Source: Octopus vulgaris (lineage: Eukaryota). Taken from it: DNA of 64,000 nt. Made by a program: the position numbers and the translations under genes. The notes beneath the pieces were generated by a model that was not told the DNA's origin, ran no database searches, and worked only from the letters and a program-made list of their open reading frames with translations. The DNA is taken from positions 68,324,001 through 68,388,000 of the forward strand of contig OX597816.1 in assembly GCA_951406725.2 (NCBI GenBank). Direction: 5' to 3'. Shown here one piece after another: positions 40,991-52,688 of the stretch. Position 1 is the first letter of the stretch. Each line of letters starts with the position of its first letter.

Positions 40991-41231
40991 ATGGCAATTG
41001 CCATTTGGTGCATGAGAGAGTTCGATGCAGCTGCCCTCATCTGCACCTCCTGCCGTGAAGTTGGTTCATCTGGGACACCCGACAGGAAGAGATCCAGTTT
41101 TATTTTAAAGACATCTGCATCCACCCCATGCAGGTCTCTCAGGTCCTTCGGGAGGATATTGAAGAGCTGTGGACCTCTGAAGCCCATGCTATCACAGTAT
41201 CTTGTCCTACATCTTGATGGCAAATTTGGAA
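40991..41231 (-). mobile_element. Fragment of the same CR1/L2-like LINE as 24542-25470, within (TA)n
   Basis: ORF 40942-41280 PNLPSRCRTRYCDSMGFRGPQLFNILPKDLRDLHGVDADVFKIKLDLFLSGVPDEP is nearly identical to ORF 25072-25383. Confidence 0.92.
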
Positions 41232-41267
41232 TCCTTTTATATATATATATATATATATATATAAAAC

Positions 41268-41462
41268 TACGCGCCTTCACTAGTCAGTTAAGGTGACACA
41301 GTGTCACGTGACAACTTGCTGGGGGTGCCTGCTGGAGCCTATGCGGCAGGTATTTAAAGGGAAACATTTGACAAGTTAGTCAGTCACCGGCTGACACTCG
41401 CTGACGATACATCGAAGAGGCCAGGGAACAGAAGAAAGAAGACACCTGCGAAAGAGGGGAGC
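41268..41462 (+). mobile_element. Possible LTR fragment
   Basis: GC-richer island with palindromic tgtcacgtgaca and a TATA-like tatttaaaggg followed by cagtcac. Layout only, no coding support. Confidence 0.3.
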
Positions 41463-41568
41463 ATCGTGGAGCTTTAAGTGCTTTCGCTCAATAAACACAC
41501 AAAATGCCTGGTCTGGGAATCGAAACCGCGAGTCCGCTGCCCTAACCACTGTGCCATTGTGCCTCCAT
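41463..41568 (-). mobile_element. 5' head of SINE family C
   Basis: Minus strand tggaggcacaatggcacagtggttagggcagcggactcgcgg-tttcgattccc...aagctccacga matches the head at 14405-14523. Related heads at about 35230-35320 (+) and 55680-55790 (+). Confidence 0.8.
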
Positions 41569-41647
41569 ATATATATATATATATATATACGTGTGTTTGT
41601 GTGTGTATATGCTTGTTACCCCACAATCTCTTGACCATAAATCTTTG

Positions 41648-42335
41648 TTTGTCTCATCACCAGTGGTGAATGTTCTTCATGAAGGATGGGACGTGGTTTC
41701 CAGTCCTGCATATCCTGAACGGTTTCCATGTCGTTGAATTTTGTCGCCACTGAACGCATACATAAATATTCTATTGAAATGGAATGCAGTGATCCTGTGC
41801 GTGCTTATTCCCACTTCGTGAGCAATTTCCTCCATTGTTACACGAAGGTCTTCCTTGATTACTCACCGAACCTTCCCAATCGGATCCTCGTTCGGTTTAT
41901 GGATGGCCTGCCTCAACGAAACCCCGCTCCTCTCAGAGATACAGCCATATTTGAAGCATTTGTAGCACTCCTTGATCTTAGTATTTTAATGTCTTATATA
42001 ACCACACACACAGAGGCATGCACACGCACACACACAGATGTACTCGTAAGCAAGAAGCACACACAAACATACGCACACACACACACACGCACATAGACTG
42101 CATTTGAACTTGAGTATCCCCAAACTGTTGGCAAAACTTGACGCAAAATGCCTCCTCGATCCGACGAGCAAGCACTACACACTTGTACACTAGACATAAC
42201 AGTTAACTGACGAGGTTTGACGGTGCGAAATTTTTCACGCATACGCAGAAAGAGTGGCGTCCCAATATACATTTGCTCATGTAGCTTTACTGTTTGCAGA
42301 AGAAAATAAAGTCCGATACTTTGTGAACGCCCCTC

Positions 42336-42338
<3 letters not shown>
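41648..42338 (-). mobile_element. Mariner transposon 5' portion (TIR to first catalytic D), interrupted by a filler at about 41971-42104
   Basis: TA-CGAGGGGCGTTCACAAAGTATCGGAC TIR at 42336. Peptides FCVKFCQQFGDTQV, then IKECYKCFKYG, GRPS, VIKEDLRVTMEEIAHEVGIS, MRSVATKF and TGDET. Confidence 0.85.
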
Positions 42339-42385
<47 letters not shown>

Positions 42386-42387
42386 AA

Positions 42388-42423
<36 letters not shown>

Positions 42424-42473
42424 TGTATGTATGTATGTATGCATGTATGTATTTATGTATGTATGTATGTACG

Positions 42474-42509
<36 letters not shown>

Positions 42510-42539
42510 TAAGCATTTATATACATATGTATAAATACT

Positions 42540-42695
42540 GTTTCCTTCCTTGTTTTTTTCTGTGTCCCTTTCTGTAGAAGAGCGTAGGCTCGAAACGTAA
42601 AATACTTTTTCTATTCCTGAGCGTTATACTAATACATCTATTTGTTTTGTACACCACCTATCTTCGCCTTTGTTTTTTTTCGTAAACTCTCCCTA
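42540..42695 (+). mobile_element. Short element with a degenerate hammerhead motif (42569-42602)
   Basis: ttt-CTGTAGA-a-gagc(gtag)gctc-GAAA-cg-TA-aaa. Layout parallels 63385-63556 (pyrimidine leader, hammerhead, cctgagcgt..taatac, T-rich end at TA repeats). Confidence 0.6.
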
Positions 42696-42728
42696 TACAT
42701 ATATACATAGATATATATACAAGGTGGG

Positions 42729-42930
42729 GTGCTCGAAAGTTGCTTGCTTTAGATAAAACAGAAGACAGGATGATCAGTTAATTATGATTCTATTCTACAT
42801 ATTTCCCTCCGTGATTTACACACTTATTGCAGTGGTCCTCCATTTTCTCCAAGTACTCTAATAGAGATAGGAAGTTTTTGCCTCCAAACAGGCCTTTCAC
42901 GATACTCTTGAAGCTAGGAACTTTTCAGCA
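42729..42930. mobile_element. Mariner-derived MITE of about 200 bp
   Basis: Imperfect TIRs ggtgctcgaaagttgcttgctt / aagctaggaacttttcagcacc. Confidence 0.65.
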
Positions 42931-42966
42931 CCATCTCACACGCATATATGTATTTAAATAAGGATA

Positions 42967-43131
42967 TGCGTTGGAATGGCTGTGTTGTAAGTAGCTTCCT
43001 TACCAACCACATGGTTCCGGGTTCAGTCCTACTGCGTGGCACCTTGGGCAAGTGTCTTCTACTATAGCCTCGGGCCGACCAAAGCCTTGTGAGTGGATTT
43101 GGCAGACGGAAACTGAAAGAAGCCCATCGTA

Positions 43132-43182
<51 letters not shown>

Positions 43183-43408
43183 ATGTTCGTGTGTGTGTGT
43201 CTGTGTTTGTCCCCCCAACACCGCTTGACAACCGATGCTGGTGTGTTTAGGTCCCCGTAACTTAGCGGTTCGGCAAAAGAGACCGATAGAATAAGTACTA
43301 GGCTTACAAAGAATAAGTTCTGGGGTCGATTTGCTCGACTAAAGGCGGTGCTCCAGCTTGGCCACAGTCAAATGACTGAAAAAAGTAAAAGAGTAAAAGA
43401 ATAAAAGA
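42967..43408 (+). mobile_element. Full-length tRNA-derived SINE, family A
   Basis: A-box-like tggctgtgttgt, B-box-like ggttcagtcc, accttgggcaagtg core, internal TA/TG microsatellite, and tail cagtcaaatgactgaaa-(gtaaaaga)n. Multiple copies in the window. Confidence 0.9.
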
Positions 43409-43431
43409 GATATGTATGTAAATGTCGATAC

Positions 43432-43484
<53 letters not shown>

Positions 43485-43772
43485 GCAATGATTATAAACA
43501 ATCTCCCGTTGCGCTCTGGTTGTCATGAACGCAGGGAAGCTGTCGATGGTCATTTGGGACCATGTAATTAATGAGAGCTTTGCTCACAAATGGTATTATA
43601 AATATGAGCCTTAGGCAACAAAAGAACCTTTGATAAGGTCTGAAACCAAATATACATAATTCTGTCTAGCCTCCTGTTTTTAAGTTCGCTTTCATACATT
43701 TTGTAATAATCTGCAAAGACTATATGCTAACAACACAACTAATGTCTCCAATAGAACCGACGCAGGAAATAA

Positions 43773-43814
<42 letters not shown>

Positions 43815-43862
43815 TTTGATACTTTGATAGGTTTCGGCCATTATTGGCCCAGGCCATGTCCA

Positions 43863-43927
<65 letters not shown>

Positions 43928-44339
43928 GTGTGTGTGTGTGTGTATGTATATATATGTATATATATATATGTATATATATATATACACATATATATACATA
44001 TATATATACACATATATATATATATATACATATATATATGTACATATATATATATATACATATATATACATATATATATACATATACATATATACATATA
44101 TATATATATACATATACATATATATATATATACATATATATATACATACACACGCATATATATATATAAGGATATAATGTATATATAAAATAAGTATACA
44201 TGTACATACGTATATATGCTTATGAAGTGTGTGCGCGCGTGCCTGTGTGTGCGTGTGTAGTTGACTGACACATCGAAAATTTAAGAAGCTTTGCATATAA
44301 ATAATTAGACACAACACCGTCTGTAATTCAATTCTATGT

Positions 44340-44374
<35 letters not shown>

Positions 44375-45103
44375 AACCAAACCATTTTCAGTATCTGCAG
44401 AACTGCAGTCTAAATTATTCAATGAAATATTTACTTTGTTGACTGTTTAGTTTATCTATTATTCTACTTTCACTTTCATTATCAAATAGTCGCCTTTCTG
44501 CATCAGGTAATGAATGTGGAAACTGACGAGCTTCTTGTTATCTGTTTTTATCTTTTTTTCATTAACTAGCCACTCATTTTCGTATCGTTCATTCCACTCT
44601 TGTTTAATTAAAGATGGTGAAAAGCACTTAAAAGAAGATAACTTATTCTTGGTAAACTTAACACTGATCGTGATGGAAGTCCTTATATTATTTATTATGT
44701 TGACAATTATCCTGGTTTGTTGCTTGTCAGAGGTGGGAGAGTATTGAACAATTTATATAATGAACAGTGTTTAGTTATGTAACATAGTCAAATCCCTCTG
44801 GGTAATAATTGCTACCTTTCTATTCCTCCAGAGCCGATGAAAATAATTATCGGTATTATTCTAGAAATTATTAGATTAACGAAACCCTCCTCATAGATAA
44901 TGCAGTCGTGGGCTTATTCTAATTACAATTAGAATATTAATAGAGTTCAGCAACTCTAACTGGGTCTGCATTCACTTTAGTCCCTTTACGCTATCGTTTC
45001 AAGTTAAAAGTTCTCCTAGTCAAGGATCGCTAAACCAATGTTGACTAGTCAAGTACTGTATTGGATGCCGGTCTTATTGACACTGTCCTCTTTCGGAAAC
45101 GGC

Positions 45104-45331
45104 GTTTTAGCTAACGCCGGGCGAAATGCTTAGCGGTATTTCGTCCGCCGCTGCGTTCTGAGTTCAAATTCGCCGAGGTCGACTTTAACTTTCATCCTTT
45201 CAGGGACGATAAACTAAGTACCAGTGACGCACTGGCGTCGATGTAATCAACTTAATTCGTTTGTCTGTACTTGTTTGTCCCCTCTATGCTTAGCCCCTTG
45301 TGGGTAGTAAAGAAATAAGTTTTAGCTAACG
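45104..45331 (+). mobile_element. 5'-truncated SINE family B with a 13-bp target-site duplication
   Basis: gttttagctaacg at 45104-45116 and 45319-45331 flanks the family B body. Confidence 0.88.
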
Positions 45332-45399
45332 TGAGACATCCATTATATATTTATTTAATCCCAGATCAATTCATATCGAAAAGACATCTTTCTAGAACA

Positions 45400-46080
45400 T
45401 GGAATTTTAACTATGGAAGTGCTACATGGTTAGTGATCTCTGTGCTGGAGATGAAGGCATTTTTTATGATGTCAAATTGTGTTTTAATGTTATTTTAAAC
45501 TATCGGAGAGAAAGAAGGATTGTACCAGGTTACTTTATTCTCCCTCGTTCATATCTATTTGATTTTAGCTAAATTTAATGGGTGGTTATCCGATGTGCTG
45601 CCATTCTTTAGATGATTATCGTTGGTTTTCATATCAATATTCACACCGGCCGGATGCTTAGATCTTGATTTGGTTGTTTCATTCTTTCGCTTTTGGGTTC
45701 CATGTTTACTTGGGATATTTTTGACTTTTCTGTAATTACGTTTATATAAATACGTTTACATAATCCCCATGAACAAGTAACACTCACAACTGACTTAAGT
45801 CAGTTCTGAGGTTTACCTGTTCATGGGGAGTATTTATTATATTCGTTACTTTCTATAGGGTCACTCTACCTACAATTTTCGTCTCTATATTCTTTTTAAC
45901 ATGTATATAATTATTCACGAGGGGCTTAAATTCTGTATATACTATGGATTTGATCAAGTCATTATATCAGCTTCTACGTAGGACCTCACCAAAGTATAAA
46001 ACGGTCTCATTAAAGATTTCTTTATTAATTGATATGTTGGATAAGCTGATTGATATACCTCTGATTAGTCTATTCATTAT
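45400..46080 (-). mobile_element. Decayed Penelope-like element, RT thumb/linker region
   Basis: Minus-strand NRLIRGISISLSNISINKEIFNETVLYFGEVLRRS*Y and TRENKVTWYNPSFSPIV*NNIKTQF match the PLE motifs ISxRISxLSSxxEIF...Y..AL..SGY and IIWFNPPFS..V.TNIG. Confidence 0.72.
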
Positions 46081-46221
46081 GTATTTTATACATATATCAT
46101 GTGTGTTCATGTATATGTATATGTATATGTGTATACACATACACAAACACACACACACATATATGTGTGTGTATGTATACGCATGTGTTTGTGTACACAC
46201 ACACATATGCTTGTTTATAGA

Positions 46222-46577
46222 TATTCTCTTTACTCTCTTTTACTTGTTTCAGTCATGAGCAAACCGACCCCAGGACGTATTCTTTGTAAGTCTAGTACTT
46301 ATTCTATCGGTCTGTTTTGCCGAGCCGCTAAGTTACGGGGATGTAAACACACCAGCATCGGTTGTCAAGCGATGTTGGGGGAAGGGGAGAAACACAGACA
46401 CACAAATATATACACACATACATATACATATACATATATACGAGGGCTTCCTTCAGTTTCCATCTACCAAATCCACTCACAAGGCTTTGGTCGACCCGAA
46501 GCTATAGTAGAAGACACTTGCCCAATGTGCTACGCAGTGGGACTAAAATCGGAACCACACAGCCACTCTTTCGCCTA
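46222..46577 (-). mobile_element. SINE family A with internal deletions
   Basis: Reverse complement of 42967-43408 over most of its length. Confidence 0.88.
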
Positions 46578-47104
46578 TGATATGTGTATGTTTATAAATC
46601 ATATATATTCGTGGCTGCGCGAGTGTGGGGTTTGTATATATGCGTATGTTATACGTTGCGGGGACGTGCATCTGTGTTAGTTCCCTTTTGAATGTATACA
46701 TTTTTACTAAATTATTTGAGTTTATATTAGTGATCTTTAACTCCCATGTTTCTTATATCTTTACCTATTAAGTGTTACCAATTTAGCATAGGGTCATAAC
46801 ACACGCATAACTATCCAGCTTCATGTGCCATTTTCAAGAATTGAAGTAAAATACACTAACCAGCACAATATACTGTCTCTTCCCTTCTTCAGATCCCTTT
46901 TGTACACTTCCTGTTATGTTTCTCCACTTTACAACCGGTGTTGGTTTGTTTACATCCTGTAACTAAGTCCTGACGTAGAATCTTTCTGCTGAACCCTTCA
47001 CGACTGCACCGCAGTGTGGCTGCTTCCCAATGACTGAAACATGTGGAAGATAAAAGATGAAATCAATAAGCTGAAATCTACCTATCTATCTATCTATCTA
47101 TCTA

Positions 47105-47137
<33 letters not shown>

Positions 47138-47167
47138 ATGTCTGTCTGTCTGCTTGTCTGTCTGTTT

Positions 47168-47350
47168 TTATTGGAGACAAACACTTTCCTCTCTGGTCAA
47201 TCTCTCATCAACTTCTTCAAGTATCACTTGAAAAGGAAAGTGAGAGTAGAGAGGCAAGTTTTGTGTTGCGAATGTTTCAAAAAAAGATGGGTGAATGTAG
47301 CAAGGATGGCACGTATGAATGATGAAGCCACTTTCAGCATAATCCTATGA
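47168..47350 (+). mobile_element. ORF2 C-terminal fragment of a Tx1/L1-like LINE
   Basis: LETNTFLSGQSLINFFKYHLKRKVRVERQVL..CFKKRWVNVARMARMNDEATFSIIL*, homologous to 15970-16045. Confidence 0.6.
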
Positions 47351-47361
47351 ACCCGGAAAAA

Positions 47362-47476
47362 TTAATTTATCGGTCCCGAAAGGATGAAAGGTAAAGTCGA
47401 CCTTGGAGGATTTGAACCCAGGACGGTTAAGCATTTCGTCCGGCGTGATAACGTTTCCGCCAGCTCGCCACCTTAG
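47362..47476 (-). mobile_element. SINE family B 5' part
   Basis: tttatcggtcccgaaaggatgaaaggtaaagtcgacc...aagcatttcgtccggcgtgataacgtttccgccagctcgccacctt. Similar copies at 56750-56925 and 58340-58477. Confidence 0.8.
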
Positions 47477-47976
47477 GTTTGTATTTAGTGAATATCGGTT
47501 GTAGTTAATCCTGCACCAATCAGCTATGTTCCCTATCCAGTAGTAAATTTACTTGACATTTTTTTTATTTAAATCCTCAATTTTAATAGAATATGAAACA
47601 TGCACACCCCTGTAAGTCGAACATATTTATTAGTTGAAAGAGAGAATTCTCATGTAGAATGCCATTTGGTTGAGCGAGTCATATGTTTAACCAGCGTGCA
47701 AGAGGCAAATGATAACTGTCTAAGCGTCATTGCGTACGATATGAGGGCGGGCTGAATTATGGAACTGGATTTCAATTCCCTTGTTTGAATAATTTGCCAA
47801 GTTCATCGGAGCCTGAAAAATAATTGGATAAACCGTGTGCGAAATTTATATGATTAATACTTCAAGGAATTGAAAGAGAATTTGAAATTTATGATTAAAT
47901 ACTCGTACAACAGTAAAAAGACTGTATTTTCTCGTTGCATTTTCATTCTGGATCCCTAGATATTTCTTCCACTTCA

Positions 47977-48095
<119 letters not shown>

Positions 48096-48228
48096 ATGTA
48101 TGTATGTATGTATGTATGTCTAGAAATTTGTCTCCCGACCTGCCTGTCTCACTGTCTGTCTGTTTCGCTCTTGGTCTATATGGTTGTTGCTATAACTTTA
48201 CATTTCTCCATTAATATTTAATATGCTC

Positions 48229-48556
48229 AAGGCGGCGAGCTGGCAGAAACCTTAGCATGCCGGGCGAAATGTTTAGCAGTATTTCGTCTGCCGCTACGTT
48301 CTGAGTTCAAATTCCGCTGAGGTCGACTTTGCCTTTCATCCTTTCGGGATCGTTTAAATAAGTACCAGATAGGCACTGGGGTCGATATAATCGACTTAAT
48401 CTGTTAAGAAGGCGGGGAGCTGGCAGAAACGTTAGCACGCTGGGCGAAATGCGTCGCCGTATTTTGTCTGCCGTTACGTTCTGAGTTCAAATTCCGCCGA
48501 GGTCGTCTTAGCCTTTCATCCTTTCGGGATCTATAAATTAAGTACCAGTTACGCAG
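48229..48556 (+). mobile_element. Two head-to-tail SINE family B copies
   Basis: aaggcggcgagctggcagaaac at 48229 and again at about 48409. Each has gagttcaaattcc (B-box-like) and the gcctttcatcctttcggg core. Confidence 0.9.
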
Positions 48557-49458
48557 GGAACTAATCATTTTCTATTTCTAAGTTACCTATTTATACGTTT
48601 AAATTTTACCTGAGGATGGCGAGTTACGTTATTTACAACGGTTTTCTTAGTTTCCATCTACCAAATGTATTCATAAGGCTTCGATTGGCCCGGGGCTATA
48701 GAACATGACATTTGCCTAAAATGCACCGCAGCGGGACTGAACCGGGGACTATGTGGTTTGAAAGCAAACTTCTTACCACATAGTTAAACTGAGAAGCAAT
48801 TTTGATCAACTTTTTGAAATATCATTACTTAAATCTCAAGGCTCCGGTCGACCCGGGGTTATAGTGAATGGCATTTGCCTAAGATGTACCGCAACGAGAC
48901 TGAACCTGGGACCATGTGGCTTTAAAGGAATCTTCTTACCATTCAGTCACACAGAGAATCAATCTACAAGTCTCCTAATATAAATTACTGTTTGTACCAT
49001 ATTGTACTAATGTAAATAAATCAATTTTGGTGAACGTTTTGAAATATTATTACTGAAATCTCCGATGTACTTTATTGGAACTTGTTTGTGCATGAATTCA
49101 GAAATCCTGATAATAAAGCAAATCGTTACAAGGTCCTCTATAGACATAATAGAATATCGATCAAAGACATCAAAATAATAAAGATTTCCTAATAGATTTC
49201 GATGTGAAATCTTAGAGAATTTTGGCGAAAGACTAACCTATAAAGGTCACTTGAAAGAGTGACCTGGTCAATGACTAGTAGTATAGAATAATGGAAATGG
49301 TTCGCCGTCTGTTGAACAGAATGTGAATGGTGCTATGTCGTCTTCAGAACGATGTCGAAGTAACTGTAATTGGATGGCTGGATGGCTGGCTGGTTGGTGA
49401 GGAGAAGAATGTCAATTCAGATATGAGTGTGGAAGGGAAGGAGAGACAAGAGAAGCTG

Positions 49459-49459
<1 letters not shown>

Positions 49460-49540
<81 letters not shown>

Positions 49541-50018
49541 AGGCTGGAATACAGACGCATAAAGACAATTATGAGAGAATTACATGTAAAAGGAAAGACA
49601 GAATGAGAAAGGGGTAGATAGATAGACGGGGATAGAGACAGATAAAAGAAGGATGGATAGGTAGAGAGGGAGAAAGAGAGAGAGAGAGAAAGATAGGGAG
49701 GCGAAGATAGTGACAGGATGGAGTGTAGACAAATAAAGAAAATTATGAGAGAATTATACGAAGAGACAGAATGAGAGGTAGATATACAGATGGGGAAAGA
49801 GAGAGAGAGAGAGAGTGAGAGGAAGAGAGATAGAAGAAGGAAGGAAGATTAGATAGATAAATAGATAGATAGTTTGAGTGAGAGAGAGAGGGTAAAGAGA
49901 GAAAGAGAGAGAGGCCGGAGTATAGACAATTACAGAAAGGTAGAGAAGTTACTGGTGCAATAAGAGAATTACATGGAGACATAGATGGAAGAAATAAGTA
50001 GAGAAGACAATGTGACAT

Positions 50019-50071
<53 letters not shown>

Positions 50072-50165
50072 GGGAGAGAGAGAGAGAGAGACAGACAGAC
50101 AGAGACAGAGACTTTGTGTGTGTGTGAGATAGGTGAGAAAGAGAGGAGGGGAGCGAGAGAGGTTT
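49460..50165. repeat. (GA)n and purine-rich low-complexity tract
   Basis: Seen directly. A similar purine-rich tract lies at 10480-10830. Confidence 0.9.
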
Positions 50166-50623
50166 ATTTAAATTGATGTAGCAAAACACAACGAGAAAAC
50201 GATGCAAATTGAGAGCTGAGAGATTCCGATGGAGAGATAATTATGCGTGTGTGGATGTGTGTATATATATATAAATATATGTAGACACGAACGTATACAC
50301 ACATACGCACATATGCACTCACGTATACAGGGAGAAAATGGACGAGACGAGTGATTAAGTAAAGCAAGTACACGCACACGTAGGTGTATATATGGAATGA
50401 AATGCTGGAAGAGACAAAGAACATACATACATACACACATGCATACATGAATACATTCATACATACATTTCTATATACTGTATATATATAACAGCGAGAG
50501 GGTGAGTGAGAAAGGAAAATATTTAGCATAGATACGCGTGCGTGCGCACACACCCATACATGTATGTATGCTTGTGTGTGCGTACATGCTATTAGCTTAT
50601 ATATGTATGTGTGTGTGTGTGTG

Positions 50624-50655
<32 letters not shown>

Positions 50656-50686
50656 TATACACATATATATATACATATATATATAT

Positions 50687-50730
<44 letters not shown>

Positions 50731-50785
50731 GCACATATACATATACATATATATATATATATATACATACATATACATTCACACA

Positions 50786-50837
<52 letters not shown>

Positions 50838-50932
50838 GGCTTATGTATATGTATGTGCATAAGTATGTAAATGATTATTGGCGTGTACACATGATAAAGA
50901 CAGATAATGATATAACCTGTCAGAAAGAAACA

Positions 50933-50993
<61 letters not shown>

Positions 50994-51949
50994 AAAGAAG
51001 GGGGAGAGAGAGCTTAACGTTAGTGAAAGAGAAAAATACGTGTGTGCAGCCGTTACAGAGAGAAATATACAAAAGGTTATTATGAGACATGTTGGCTCCA
51101 ACCAAGCCATTACAAGACCCCAGGAAAGGCCTGGAGCGATAAAAATAGCAACTCATCATGTTAGAAACCTCGAAAAATGTAAATTCCTCCAAGAACGATA
51201 CAAACTGAAAATCTAATTTACACCAAATTCTCTGTGGCATAGAAGAATAGTTAATCGAAATGAGTAATCGATATTGTCTTAAAGTTAAAACATACTATAA
51301 ATGTTAGTCTTATTACGTAGTTGAGGTTAAGCTACGTCCATAACAGTTCGATATTTATTGTTCATTAATATAGTAACCAGCTTCTGTCCAAACAACCGAT
51401 GCCATGACGAGCTAAATGAAGAAAAACGCTTACGTCTGTATACTTGAAATAGTAAACAATTTTCCCTCAAGCTACAAGCTATTTGTTTCAAAAGGAAAAG
51501 AAGGTAGAAAGCATTTTTGATATCATTCTGTATATTTTACTTGATGCAGTGATACCGTTGAAAGCCTTCTAAACTGCGGTATTAATTTCGAGAGAGCATT
51601 TGGTATAGACGTATAACGCAAAACAAAAACAAATGAAAGAAAAAGGAAATATATTAGTGCCGGACGAAAAACGTCTACCAACGGTGTAGCCATAAAACAT
51701 TAATTGAAAAAAAAAAAAAATAGGCTGGTGATAGCTGCAGTGCCTGATATGACAAAAAAAAACATACTTTAGAACAAATGCAACGACAACAACACGGAGA
51801 AATCTAAGACCGCCTCCAGGAAGCTGCGTCTCGGTTCATTTGTATAGTCTCTCGGGTACGCGCCGTGGCTCCAGGTGCAGCAGCAGTGCCTAGCTTAAGA
51901 TGACACGGCACTATAGAACAAGAGTAACAACAACATCACGGAAACATCG

Positions 51950-52242
51950 GAGATGACATCCACTAACAGTCATTCGACTGACTGGTATAAAGTCGCCCTC
52001 GGACACGCTGTGGATTCAAACCTACAGATGTCCTGTTCCCTCTCTGTGTTTTTCCACCGGTATTACAACTGGTTCTGCTTTTTGACACGGGTTAGTCTCG
52101 TTTATACTACCCCCACTCAGATCCTTTTGGCTCATTTGGATATCCAACTTCCATCGATCGCGTTTTCTTTCGATACTCCACAAATCATACAAACTCTATG
52201 TCCTGCTCCAGAAGGTCGTTTCTCTACAGTTCGTTCCCTGCT
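51950..52242 (+). mobile_element. Decayed LINE (Jockey/CR1-group) ORF2 C-terminal fragment
   Basis: DSNLQ..SCSLSVFFHRYYNWFC resembles the SLSLFYRYY.G.CS motif near the end of such ORF2s. Confidence 0.45.
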
Positions 52243-52688
52243 TAAGTAATTCTTGTTACTAAGGCGGCCAGCTGGCAGAAATGTTCGCACGCCGGGCGAA
52301 ATGCGTAGCGGTATTTCGTTTGCTGTTACGTTGAGTTAAAATTCCACCGAGGTCGACCTTTGCCTTTCTTCCTTTCGGGGTCGATAAATTAAGTGCCAGT
52401 TAGGCACTGGGGCCGATGTAATCGACTTAATCCGTGTGTCTGTCATTGTTTGTCCTCTCTATGTTTAGCCCCTTGTGGGCAATAAAGAAATAGGTATTTC
52501 GTCTGCAGTTACGTTCATTTGAAATTCTGCCGAGGTCGACTTTGCCTTTCATCCTTTCGGGGTCGATAAATTAAGTACCAGTTACGCACTGGGGTCGATG
52601 TAATTGACTTAATCCCTTCGTCTGTTCTTGTTTGTCCCCTCTATGTTTAGCCCCTTCTAGGCAATAAAGAAATAAGTAATTCTTGTTA
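52243..52688 (+). mobile_element. SINE family B partial dimer bounded by a 16-bp target-site duplication
   Basis: taagtaattcttgtta at 52243-52258 and 52673-52688. Full unit 52261-52493 followed by a headless unit 52493-52672. Confidence 0.9.
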
